From an uncultured Gammaproteobacteria bacterium (GTDB lineage: Bacteria; Pseudomonadota; Gammaproteobacteria; JABCZS01): a stretch of 64,000 bases of DNA. The DNA lies in assembly GCA_963848305.1 (NCBI GenBank), contig CAWKDC010000001.1:1120001-1184000 (forward strand), written 5' to 3'. Made by a program: the position numbers and the translations under genes. The notes below the pieces were generated by a model, which saw only the letters and a program-made list of their open reading frames with translations, did not search any database and was not told the origin of the DNA. Of the stretch, positions 14,747 to 24,414 are shown piece by piece; positions within the stretch are counted from its first letter, which is position 1, and every line of letters begins with the position of its first letter.

Positions 14747-15259
14747 TTAATTGCTCTCGAGTGTAATGGATATCTTGCTCTGTCCCTGAGCATCGGCTTG
14801 AACATAATTAAATATGATAGGATCAGGCCCAATTTCCCCGCAATCCGGCTGGCACGGTGTGTCAACAGTTAAACCATCCATCTCACTGGTGTAACTTAGC
14901 ATGAGATATTGACTCTTGCCTAAATTTCCTCCCTTCACCATGAAGTTAATGTCTTTGACCTCTAAAACGCTCGAGGGTACACTCACATAAGCAACATTAC
15001 CTATATCCTTACCTAACTTTACCGTGAAGCTTTTGGGGTTTTTAACAACGGCTGTATCTTGGGTATCACCCGCATTCCTGTAGGTCATGCCTTCTGGGCA
15101 CACATAAGTGAGATTAATTGTCTGGCCCGGTACTATTGAACCAGACGCGCAGGTAATGGTGGCGGTGACACCTTCAGTCGTTTTTGCTTTGGCCGCCAAG
15201 GATACACCGGGCAAAAAGCCGATGGCTAATAGGGTTGTCACGAGTATTGCATTTTTCAT
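14747..15259 (-). CDS. hypothetical secreted protein
   Basis: MKNAILVTTLLAIGFLPGVSLA signal peptide; GGAGG RBS; beta-rich with 4 Cys. Confidence 0.65.
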   Translation of the reverse strand: MKNAILVTTLLAIGFLPGVSLAAKAKTTEGVTATITCASGSIVPGQTINLTYVCPEGMTYRNAGDTQDTAVVKNPKSFTVKLGKDIGNVAYVSVPSSVLEVKDINFMVKGGNLGKSQYLMLSYTSEMDGLTVDTPCQPDCGEIGPDPIIFNYVQADAQGQSKISITLESN

Positions 15260-15318
15260 CTTCATCGCCTCCATTGGTTTCTCTCTGTGAGTTTGGCCAA
15301 CACCGTGTGTTTTGTCAA

Positions 15319-16636
15319 TCACTTCCCGATACAAAATGATCCGAAAATCTCGCCCAATAAATCATCGGGGGTCATTTTGCCCAAAATACTGCCCAGCGCA
15401 TCGTGTGCTTCCCTCAATTCTTGAGCCAATAATTCAATGGCGGCATGCTCTAACTGCACCGTACCTTTTGTCAATGCATCAGATGCGCGCGTGATAGCCG
15501 ACAAATGCCGCGCGCGGGCGCTGCAGACATCATCGTTGAGGTGATCGAGCTGCAACCTTTGTTTGATCGCGAGGTATAAACCATCAATACCCTCCCCGGT
15601 TTTAGCGGAAATATATAAACCATTTTGCTGATGCTCAACCAAATCGGATTTGTTGTAAATATCGATACGTTTTTCTATATCAATATTGTTGAGGGCTAAG
15701 AGATGTTGATCGGGATCCGTTGCGTCGATCACGCATAAAATTAAATCGGCTGTTTTAATCGCCGACAATGCGCGCTCCACACCCATTTGTTCAACGACAT
15801 CATTTGTATCTCGCAACCCTGCGGTATCAATGATATAAAGTGGAATGCCATCGATCGATATTTTCGTTTGAATGAGATCTCGCGTGGTGCCGGGAATGTC
15901 CGTAACGATCGCAATGTCATCACCCGCCAACAAATTTAATAAGCTCGATTTGCCCGCATTGGGTTTGCCGACAATCACTGCAGTGAGTCCGCGCGATAAA
16001 ATCAAGCCGCGTTCACTGTTTTTTTTCAGTGTTTCTACTTGGCACAAAATGGTTTTTAATTGTTCTCCAATTTGTTCAGATTGAATAAATTCGATATCTT
16101 CGTCCGGAAAATCAATAGCAGCTTCCACAAACACGCGTAATTGAACCAGTTGATCATGAAGCATTGTCACCTGTTTTGAAAAGACCCCGGATAAACTGCG
16201 AACGGCTGCACGCGCAGCTTGTTCGGTAGTGGCGTGGATCAAGTCTGCTACAGCTTCTGCCTGGGCCAAATCTATTTTGTCGTTCAAATAGGCACGCTCA
16301 GTGAATTCACCGGGTTTTGCGGGCTCGGCGCCCAAGGCGTAGACCCGCTTCAATAGCGCTTGCAAGACTGCCTGCCCACCATGTCCCTGAAGTTCCAAGA
16401 CGTCTTCGCCGGTGAAAGAGTGAGGAGCCAGGGAAATAAATGGCCAAACCTTGATCAATAGGCTGCCCGTGTGCGTCATTAAATACGCTCAGGGTAGCTC
16501 GCCGAGGCTTGGGGATGCACGAGGTCACCCCCATGGCGATATCGCGGCAGAGAGGGCCTGAGACGCGCACAATCCCCACCCCTCCGAAACCGGGCGGTGT
16601 GGCAATGGCGGCAATGGTGGTCGTTCTTGTGTTCAT
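15319..16636 (-). CDS. mnmE: tRNA modification GTPase MnmE (one frameshift near 16430)
   Basis: TIAAIATPPG.GGVGIVRVSG; SFTGEDVLELQGHGG; GKPNAGKSS; PGTTRD; DTAGLR; FCIGK end. Confidence 0.96.
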
Positions 16637-16691
16637 GATCTGCGCATTATGACACATAGGCTATCCTTTAGAAAGATGAATGAGGATAAAC

Positions 16692-17072
16692 ATGATGCTG
16701 GATATGTGGTGGATTTCATTGGGGGCCATTGTCGGAGCCAACTTACGCTATTGGGTGAGCTCAATGGCCGCACAACATTTCACTGCGTCCCTCCCCTACG
16801 GAACATTCATTGTGAATGTGACGGGAAGTTTTATCATCGGCCTCTTCATGGCCTGGACAACCGAACGTGTGTTGGCGGATCCCCATTGGCGATTGCTTAT
16901 CGTGGTTGGGTTTTGCGGTGCTTACACGACTTTTTCAAGCTATAGTTATGAAACCATCACCCTGCTGGAGCATGGTAGCTTTTCTATGGCAGCACTCAAC
17001 TTTGTGTTTAACAACCTTTTCTGTTTGCTTGCGACCATCGCGGGCATTGCACTTGCGAGGGCCATTTCATGA
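16692..17072 (+). CDS. crcB: fluoride efflux channel Fluc/CrcB
   Basis: GAIVGANLRY, GTFIVNVTGSFIIG, GFCGAYTTFSSY. Confidence 0.95.
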   Translation: MMLDMWWISLGAIVGANLRYWVSSMAAQHFTASLPYGTFIVNVTGSFIIGLFMAWTTERVLADPHWRLLIVVGFCGAYTTFSSYSYETITLLEHGSFSMAALNFVFNNLFCLLATIAGIALARAIS

Positions 17073-17386
17073 CATCTGCTTTTAAAATCACGGTTTACAT
17101 CAACGAAGGTGATCAGTGGGCGCACCGCCCCTTGTACCTTCAAATATTAGAAATGTTGCAACGCAATGGATTGGCCGGCGCCACTGTATTGCATGCCATT
17201 GCAGGTTTCACCCAGCTAACGGGCGTTGAAACGACCTCTCTCGTTGATATCGATGGCAAGCTCCCGATTGTGATCGATTTTATCGATACAAGGGACAATA
17301 TTGACAAAGTGTTACCTGAGCTTAAAAAAATGGTCGGTGAGCGCCTTGTCATTCGCCAGCCCGTGGATATCCTTAACTACTATTAG
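17069..17386 (+). CDS. DUF190 (PII-like) protein, usual crcB partner
   Basis: VYINEGDQW.HRPLY, GLAGATVLHAIAGF, LPIVIDFID. Confidence 0.88.
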   Translation: MTSAFKITVYINEGDQWAHRPLYLQILEMLQRNGLAGATVLHAIAGFTQLTGVETTSLVDIDGKLPIVIDFIDTRDNIDKVLPELKKMVGERLVIRQPVDILNYY

Positions 17387-19023
17387 CCGTGTTTGCGCAT
17401 CACCCAAGCTTGCTGACTGATCGACAGGATATTGTTGACTACCCAATACAGTACCAAACCGGCCGGGAAGTTCAAGAAAATAGCCGTGAAGAAAATCGGC
17501 ATCAACATTAACACTTTTGCTTGCGTGGGATCAGCGGGCGGCGGTGATAATTTTTGTTGAATAAACATAGTCACCCCCATGATAATGGGCAACACGTAGT
17601 AAGGATCTTTGGCGGACAAATCTTGGATCCACAACATGAACGGCGCATGACGTAATTCCACGCTTTCAATCAACACCCAGTATAGCGCGATGAACACAGG
17701 GATTTGAACCAGAATAGGTAAACAACCACCCAGCGGATTGATCTTCTCTGTTTTGTAAATCTCCATCATGGCTTGACTCATTTTCTGTTTGTCATCACCA
17801 TACTTTTCTTTGAGCTTTTCAAGCTTCGGCTGAACCTTGCGCATGTTCGCCATAGACTTATAGCTTTTCTCAGACAATTTGTAGAAGAGGATTTTCACGA
17901 GCACAGTGGTCAGGATGATCGCCACGCCCCAATTACCAAACAGTTTGAAGAATTGATCCATGACCCAGAACAGCCCCTGAGAAATGATCCAGAACCAACC
18001 GTAATCAATCGTCAACTCTAAATGCGGTGCGATCGTTTTCAGCAGTGATGTATCCTCAGGCCCAATGAATAATGAGGCACCCGTCTGAACTGTTTGGCCG
18101 GGCAGCACATTGAGTGTTGGCCCCAACATCGCTAGGCGATAGACATTATTGACGGGCAAGTAGGTTTTGAACTGATAAGGCTCATCCGGTTGAGGAATAA
18201 ATGCTGTCAAGAAATAATGCTGCTGCATGGCAATCCAGCCATTGTCGGCGGTGAATGACATGGTTTCTTTTTTCATGTCTTTGTAGGTGATTTTTTGATA
18301 GTGCTTTTCAGGCGTTGAAATGGACGCACCATTGTAGGTGGAGAATCCCATCAACCCAGCAGAGGGCTGCGCCACTTCAGCGCGTTTGATTTGACCATAA
18401 AATTGGCCAACCCATGGGGCGCTGGCATGATTCTTGATCTCGTACACAATATCAATGAGGTAAGCGCCACGTCTAAAAACCAATGTTTTGGTGACTTCAA
18501 TGCCATTCTGCTCCCATTTTAAAGGAACGCGCAATTCATTTTCCCCTTCTTTGAGGGTGTATTGATTTTCAGTGCTGGTGTATTGGGCTTGCCCATCTTG
18601 TGCCGTATCTGGCCCCATCGGACTCGCTAACCCACTTTGTGCGATGTATAACGTGTCAAGCGCAGGCGTTAAAATTTCAACTGGAGGACTGTTATGATCT
18701 TGCGTTTTTAAATATTTCAGCAATTTTGCTTCAACCACATTGCCGCCACGTTTGTCGATAGTGACATCAAGCACGTCCGTCGTTAAACGAATCACATCGT
18801 TAGACATTTGAAGGATGGGCTGATGAGGTGTGTCACTGGAGGCGGATTGGGCTCCTGCTTCAGCAATGACTATCTCAGGCACATCCAAGCCAGCATGCGC
18901 AATCGGTGTCACTGCTTGTGTGGCGGGAGCAGCGGCGCGCGGCCGTTCTTCTTCCCATGCTGTCCACAATAAGAATGCGGTGAGGCACATGCCCGCCAAT
19001 AAAAAGTAACGTTGAAAATCCAT
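17383..19023 (-). CDS. yidC: membrane protein insertase YidC
   Basis: DYGWFW, GNWGVAII, INPLGGCLPILVQIPVF, FPAGLVLYW. Confidence 0.98.
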   Translation of the reverse strand: MDFQRYFLLAGMCLTAFLLWTAWEEERPRAAAPATQAVTPIAHAGLDVPEIVIAEAGAQSASSDTPHQPILQMSNDVIRLTTDVLDVTIDKRGGNVVEAKLLKYLKTQDHNSPPVEILTPALDTLYIAQSGLASPMGPDTAQDGQAQYTSTENQYTLKEGENELRVPLKWEQNGIEVTKTLVFRRGAYLIDIVYEIKNHASAPWVGQFYGQIKRAEVAQPSAGLMGFSTYNGASISTPEKHYQKITYKDMKKETMSFTADNGWIAMQQHYFLTAFIPQPDEPYQFKTYLPVNNVYRLAMLGPTLNVLPGQTVQTGASLFIGPEDTSLLKTIAPHLELTIDYGWFWIISQGLFWVMDQFFKLFGNWGVAIILTTVLVKILFYKLSEKSYKSMANMRKVQPKLEKLKEKYGDDKQKMSQAMMEIYKTEKINPLGGCLPILVQIPVFIALYWVLIESVELRHAPFMLWIQDLSAKDPYYVLPIIMGVTMFIQQKLSPPPADPTQAKVLMLMPIFFTAIFLNFPAGLVLYWVVNNILSISQQAWVMRKHG

Positions 19024-19024
19024 A

Positions 19025-19270
19025 CTATCTTCTTCTGTCATGAACCAAAGGAACTGGATCATGGCCGTGCCCACCCCAAGGGTGGCAGCGCAAGATCCGC
19101 CAAATACCCCACGCTAACCCGCGAAGCGCACCGTGTGTTCGGATAGCTTCCGCTGCATATTCAGAGCAGCTGGGCGTGAAGCGACAATGATACCCCAAAA
19201 GTGGGCTGATACAATAGCGATAAAACGCAATCAAACTTAAAAAAACGCGTTGAATGATGGCATAAATCAA
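19025..19270 (-). CDS. yidD: membrane protein insertion efficiency factor YidD
   Basis: ISPLLG.HCRFTPSCSEYA...RILRCHPW.GHGHDPVP. Confidence 0.96.
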   Translation of the reverse strand: MIYAIIQRVFLSLIAFYRYCISPLLGYHCRFTPSCSEYAAEAIRTHGALRGLAWGIWRILRCHPWGGHGHDPVPLVHDRRR

Positions 19271-19617
19271 GATGCACCTCGTAATCGAACCATCATTTGT
19301 TGCCAGTGGTGGGCAACGACCTGGGTTTGCTCTGTTCGTGGGACATCATTCATGGGCTTCTTCACGACGACGACGACGTCAAATCCTTGAATATTGGCCT
19401 GTTTCTGGCGAAAGCATTCCCGCAGAACACGCTTGATGCGATTGCGAGAGACAGCTTGTTTAATGGCTTTTTTGGGAACCGCTAAACCCAAGCGTGCCCG
19501 ACCTAATTGATTGGCTCGCACATAGAGATCAAATGACTGTCCAGAGACTTTGAGCGGTTTTTTAAACACGAAGCCAAAATCTTCCGACTTGAGCAGCCGG
19601 CTCTCTTTCAGGAACAT
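19267..19617 (-). CDS. rnpA: ribonuclease P protein component
   Basis: RLGLAVPKK...AVSRNRIKRVLRE RNR motif. Confidence 0.96.
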   Translation of the reverse strand: MFLKESRLLKSEDFGFVFKKPLKVSGQSFDLYVRANQLGRARLGLAVPKKAIKQAVSRNRIKRVLRECFRQKQANIQGFDVVVVVKKPMNDVPRTEQTQVVAHHWQQMMVRLRGAS

Positions 19618-19634
19618 CTTAGGCTTGCCTTGAG

Positions 19635-19784
19635 TTACGCGCGTGATGCGGTTGGCGCCAAACGATGACGTCCTTTAGCGCGACGAGCCGCCAATACTTT
19701 ACGTCCACCCTTGGTGGCCATACGTGCACGAAAACCGTGAATTTTCACGCGTCTTTTTTTCTTAGGTTGGAAGGTTCTTTTCAT
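19635..19784 (-). CDS. rpmH: 50S ribosomal protein L34
   Basis: MKRTFQP...[24 protein letters not shown]. Confidence 0.97.
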   Translation of the reverse strand: MKRTFQPKKKRRVKIHGFRARMATKGGRKVLAARRAKGRHRLAPTASRA

Positions 19785-19879
19785 CGATACACCTGTGTCA
19801 AAAATCGTAGGTGCCCATTCTAACGAATCTTTATCCAAATGGCTACCCCCTATTTGAAGGTTTTTAGAATATTTGCATC

Positions 19880-20405
19880 CTTTTATTTAATATAAGTATT
19901 GAAATAAAGAACTTAATAATATTGATAAAGCGACGCAGATTTTGTGAGTATCCCGCTTTATTTCTTATATTTCATATGGTTAGGAAGGCGCCCATCATGT
20001 GGGCAACATGTCTTGAGCGTACCTCCCTTCCTGTGCATAAGTCTGCATTGATTTGAGTGATCCTATTTATCCCGGGTTATGCACGGCTGTCAGGCTTTAT
20101 TATCCACAGGGAGTCAGGAACACCATTTTTAGGGTTATTTGACTTCCAATCTTTAGGCGATGAACACGATTAATTATCATAAAAGTATATATATAAAGAA
20201 ATATAATAACTATATAGTAACGCACATTCTGTGTATAACTTATTATTTTTGATAAAATTCAATGCGATAGGCGATAATTTATTGTGGAAAACCCGATCAT
20301 TCTCCTGGGGTGAACTGTGAAGAAAGGTGTGTGTAAGTCATGCAAAGGAGAGCATCACAAGGTTATGCACAGCCGTTAAGCACAGTTAAAGGTTGTTTAT
20401 CACCA
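19880..20405. promoter_or_regulatory. chromosomal replication origin oriC (two AT-rich plus DnaA-box modules)
   Basis: Non-coding region upstream of rpmH; perfect TTATCCACA at 20100; near-consensus boxes at 20032, 20077, 20230, 20283, 20363, 20376; AT-rich tracts about 19881-19930 and 20169-20220; core-gene orientation switches here. Confidence 0.85.
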
Positions 20406-20478
20406 GGCTTGTGTTGGGAATGAGAAAGCTGAAATGTGAGACTTTTTTCACAACAGTCATTAGGACTGGAAATTGGCG

Positions 20479-20504
20479 AATATCTGGAGTATACTCCAGA
20501 TATT
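20479..20504. promoter_or_regulatory. perfect 26-bp palindrome, putative operator of the AAA+ gene
   Basis: AATATCTGGAGTATACTCCAGATATT equals its own reverse complement; extra CTGGAGT half-site overlaps the RBS. Confidence 0.65.
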
Positions 20505-20528
20505 AGTCTCTTTTCCTGGAGTGTAGTC

Positions 20529-21737
20529 ATGATTTACGATTTTAGGGCACTTTTCTATCGGTTGCTCGAGCAGGTTCCCTTTGAGCAGTTTCGCTATCTA
20601 TTCACCGAGATCAACCTCAAAAACCGTTTATTGGGGATAGTGGGCGGCCGCGGGGTGGGTAAGACAACCCTCATGTTACAGTACATCAAAAAAAACATGG
20701 GAGATGATCTAAAATATACGATATATTTTTCAGCCGATCATATTTTCTTTTCCAAACAAACTTTGGTGCAATTTGTGCACGACGCCTATTTTAATGAAGG
20801 GATTAAATATTTTTTCATTGACGAAATTCATAAGTATCAAAATTGGAATCAAGAATTGAAAAATATTTATGACAGCTATCCAGAGGTGAAGGTCGTTTTT
20901 TCGGGGAGCTCTAGCATTGACTTGATTAAAGGGACGTATGATTTATCCAGGCGCGCCATTCTCAAACATTTATATGGTCTTTCGTTCCGAGAGTATTTGA
21001 ATTTCAAAACCGGGGCACACCATGATGTCCGATCTGTTTCAGATATATTGCTTCATTACCAAGTCATGGATAAAGATTTTTCAAAGATTGAGCGCATAAA
21101 ACATTATTTTAATGATTACCTGGAGCAGGGCTATTACCCATTCCTTTTTTCTGATGAAGAAGGTTATTATCAGCGCATTAATCGTATTGTGGAAAAAACA
21201 ATTTACGAAGATATCGCGAATTTTTATAAACTCAAAACTGAAAATTTACACTACCTCAAGCGCATTTTGAGCTACCTGACCACCATCCCTCCTGGGGAGG
21301 CGAACACCAATAACTTGGCTCGCTATTTAAGTATTGATAACAAAACAGCTTTCCATTATTTGAATATCCTTTCTGAAGCAGGATTGGTACATTTGATTTA
21401 TCCAGATGCAAAAGTGAATCAAATGTTAAGAAAGATTGAAAAGATTTTTTTAAACAATACCACTCTACAACATGCATTGAATGTTCAATTGGCAAGCCCA
21501 ATTGAAAAAGGCACTATCCGTGAATTGTTTTTCATTCAGAGTTTATGCAATGCGGGTATTGATGTCTTTTACACGAAGCAAGGAGATTTCTTGGCGATGG
21601 ATACCGTTTTTGAAATTGGCGGTAAAAACAAAAAAAGGCAACAATTGTCTTCCGTAGGAGGATTGCTGGTAAAAGACGATATATTGACAAGCCTAACAGG
21701 GGTTGTTCCATTACATTATTTTGGCTTTACCTATTAA
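20529..21737 (+). CDS. AAA+ ATPase (AAA_14/COG1373, DUF4143-type)
   Basis: Walker A GGRGVGKT, Walker B FFIDEIHKY, SGSSS, DLSRRA, C-term GDF...FEIGGKNK. Confidence 0.9.
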   Translation: MIYDFRALFYRLLEQVPFEQFRYLFTEINLKNRLLGIVGGRGVGKTTLMLQYIKKNMGDDLKYTIYFSADHIFFSKQTLVQFVHDAYFNEGIKYFFIDEIHKYQNWNQELKNIYDSYPEVKVVFSGSSSIDLIKGTYDLSRRAILKHLYGLSFREYLNFKTGAHHDVRSVSDILLHYQVMDKDFSKIERIKHYFNDYLEQGYYPFLFSDEEGYYQRINRIVEKTIYEDIANFYKLKTENLHYLKRILSYLTTIPPGEANTNNLARYLSIDNKTAFHYLNILSEAGLVHLIYPDAKVNQMLRKIEKIFLNNTTLQHALNVQLASPIEKGTIRELFFIQSLCNAGIDVFYTKQGDFLAMDTVFEIGGKNKKRQQLSSVGGLLVKDDILTSLTGVVPLHYFGFTY

Positions 21738-22882
21738 AACACACCCCAACATCCCGCTAACAGCGCGACAATCATGCCACACTGTAATACACGCGTATTG
21801 ATTTTATTTCTAAAAAATGTGTGAATGGTGAGCAAAATAAAAACAGGATAACAGGCGATGATCACGGGCGCGAAATAAGCCATCAATGCATTAAAGCCAA
21901 AGAGGCTCATGCCATACGCAATTAAAAGTGTGATCAACAAGCAATGTGTTTCGGTGATTTTTTGCGTGTAATGTCGGGTGAAGTGATGCATATAATCTGC
22001 AAAAATTTTTGACAGTGCGCATGCAGTGGTAATACATGCGGCAGCAATGATGACACCAGCCACGCCGATGAATTGTTCGGGAAGCATTTTTGCACTGAGC
22101 AAAATCAGCAGAGCCTGTTTAACATCCAGTGACAGCATGCTGGCATCTGCTTGTTTGTGACTGATATAAGCGAGGCCAATATAAACCATGCTTAATAATG
22201 CGCTGGCAAAAAGTGATGCTTGAATCACGTGCTTTTTGAAATGCGCATGGGGCATTTCACGGCTCTGTTGTCGTAATTGCATATAGATAAATTGTCCAAA
22301 CACAAGTGCTGCAATACCATCCAGAGTGAAATACCCTTCTTTCAATCCAAAGAAAAAGCCTTGGGACTGATCATGTGCCAACGTGCTGCTGGCGGGGGTG
22401 ATAATCCCGGTGGCAATGATCCAGCCTAATAATATCAGCATCAGAGGTGTGAAAAATTGGCTGATCAACCGCAGCATGGTTTTGGTGTTCAGGGATAGCA
22501 CGGCGATGAGCAGACAATATAATAATCCGAACAGTTCACGTGACATGGGAAATAATGTTTCAGAAATGGCGGAATGTGCAACTGCCACGGTTCTTGGTAC
22601 AACCAAAAAAGGCCCTAATAAAAAAAGACAGAGTATCAATAAGGCTCGTCCTCCCCAAACCGTTGCGCGCTCAAAATAAGCTTTCTGATCGCCGCGATAT
22701 TCTACCATCGCCAACACGGCAACCATGGGCAATGCTACCGCTGTCAGCAGTAAGCCAAGGATGGCGAGTGGTAACCCGTTTCCTGCACTCATGCCCACAA
22801 ATAATGGAAACACCACATTGCCTGCGCCGAAAAACATGGCGAACAAACCGAGACCGGTGGTGAATGATGAGGCGGATTTCAT
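21734..22882 (-). CDS. brnQ: branched-chain amino acid transporter, BrnQ/LIVCS family
   Basis: GLGLFAMFFGAGNVVFP, GPFLVVPRT, EGYFTLDGIAALVFG, ACITTA. Confidence 0.9.
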   Translation of the reverse strand: MKSASSFTTGLGLFAMFFGAGNVVFPLFVGMSAGNGLPLAILGLLLTAVALPMVAVLAMVEYRGDQKAYFERATVWGGRALLILCLFLLGPFLVVPRTVAVAHSAISETLFPMSRELFGLLYCLLIAVLSLNTKTMLRLISQFFTPLMLILLGWIIATGIITPASSTLAHDQSQGFFFGLKEGYFTLDGIAALVFGQFIYMQLRQQSREMPHAHFKKHVIQASLFASALLSMVYIGLAYISHKQADASMLSLDVKQALLILLSAKMLPEQFIGVAGVIIAAACITTACALSKIFADYMHHFTRHYTQKITETHCLLITLLIAYGMSLFGFNALMAYFAPVIIACYPVFILLTIHTFFRNKINTRVLQCGMIVALLAGCWGVF

Positions 22883-22997
22883 GGGATGTGCTCCTTAGAT
22901 AGTGAGAAGACATTATGGCATTCTTAGCTGTTGCAGATCAACCGCTCTTTGTTAAAACAATGTATACTGAATCTCGTTTTCGGCATGGGAGGTGCCA

Positions 22998-24390
22998 ATG
23001 TCTAGCACACTGTCACTGTGGCATCAGTGCTTACAGTTTTTGGAAGATAAGCTGACGCCAACAGATTACCACACATGGATTTTCCCCCTTCAAGCAGAAA
23101 TGCTTGAGGAAGGGTTGTGTTTGTTTGCGCCTAACCGTTTTATCTGTGGTTATGTTGAAGATAATTATTTGGCTTTGATCAAGTCTTGTCTACAGCAATG
23201 TTCCCCTCATCAAACACCGCATGTGGTGTTGAAAATGGGCAGGAAATCAGGCAGCACGGCCACCGCGGCGGCCAATGCGCAAGCGGAAGCATCAGCTCCT
23301 GCTCCTTCTGCCGGCCCAACTCAACACACCGACGAAATCTTCTCGAGCGCCTTTAATCACTTTTTCTCAGTCCGGGAATTTGAATAAAGAATTCACCTTT
23401 GATACCTTTGTGGAAGGAAAGTCTAACCAACTGGGTCGTGCGGCATCGATTCAGGTCGCTGAAAACCCTGGAACCGTTTACAATCCGCTCTTCATTTATG
23501 GGGGGGTGGGTTTGGGCAAAACCCATTTGATGCATGCCATTGGTAACATGATTTTAGAACGCCAGCCCGATGCTAAAGTCCTTTACATCCACTCCGAGCG
23601 GTTTGTAGCAGACATGGTGAAGGCGTTACAGAATAACCAAATTGGTGAATTCAAAGATTATTATCGCTCACGCACTGTACTGATGGTGGACGATATTCAG
23701 TTTTTTGCTGGAAAAGAGCGTTCCCAAGAAGAATTATTTCATACCTTGAACGCACTTCTTGAAGGCCATCAACAGTTGATCATCGCGAGTGATCGTTACC
23801 CTAAAGAAATCACAGGGCTCGAAGAGCGTTTGAAATCCCGTTTTGGCTGGGGCCTGACGGTGGCCGTTGAACCGCCAGAGCTTGAGACCCGCGTAGCCAT
23901 TTTGATGAGTAAGTCTCAGCTCATGGGCATTGCCCTCTCCTATGACGTTGCTTTCTTCATTGCCAAACGTGTCCGTGCTAACGTCCGTGAGCTTGAAGGA
24001 GCATTAAAACGCGTGATGGCCAATGCACGCTTTACCGGGAAAGAGATCACCATTGAATTTGTCAAAGAATCCTTGAAGGATTTACTGGCGTTACAAGACA
24101 AGCTCGTCACCATTGAAAATATCCAGAAAACAGTGGCCGAGTACTTCAACATTAAAGTAGCGGATTTGCTCTCCAAGCGTCGCTCGCGCTCTGTTGCTCG
24201 CCCCCGTCAGTTGGCAATGGCGCTTGCCAAAGAGCTGACGAACCATAGTTTGCCAGAAGTTGGCGATGCATTTGGCGGCCGGGATCACACCACTGTGTTG
24301 CATGCTTGCAGAACCATCAAAGCCATGTTGGAAACGGATTCCCATATCCAAGAAGATTGGACTGATTTGGTTCGAATATTATCTTCTTAA
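22998..24390 (+). CDS. dnaA: replication initiator DnaA (frameshift in the domain II linker, about 23280-23385)
   Basis: Domain I TWIFPLQA...APNRF; [41 protein letters not shown]. Confidence 0.96.
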
Positions 24391-24414
24391 AATCGTCGAA
24401 TATCGGAGAACGTC

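Noticed and set aside
16637-16691. Fluoride riboswitch upstream of crcB
   Set aside because: The intergenic region is only about 55 bp and lacks the GGNGAUGR...AAAC...GCURAUGAC pattern.
23275-23387. Programmed frameshift in dnaA (likewise mnmE, potH)
   Set aside because: No convincing slippery site with a stimulator was seen, and the background indel rate is high. Raw reads would settle it.
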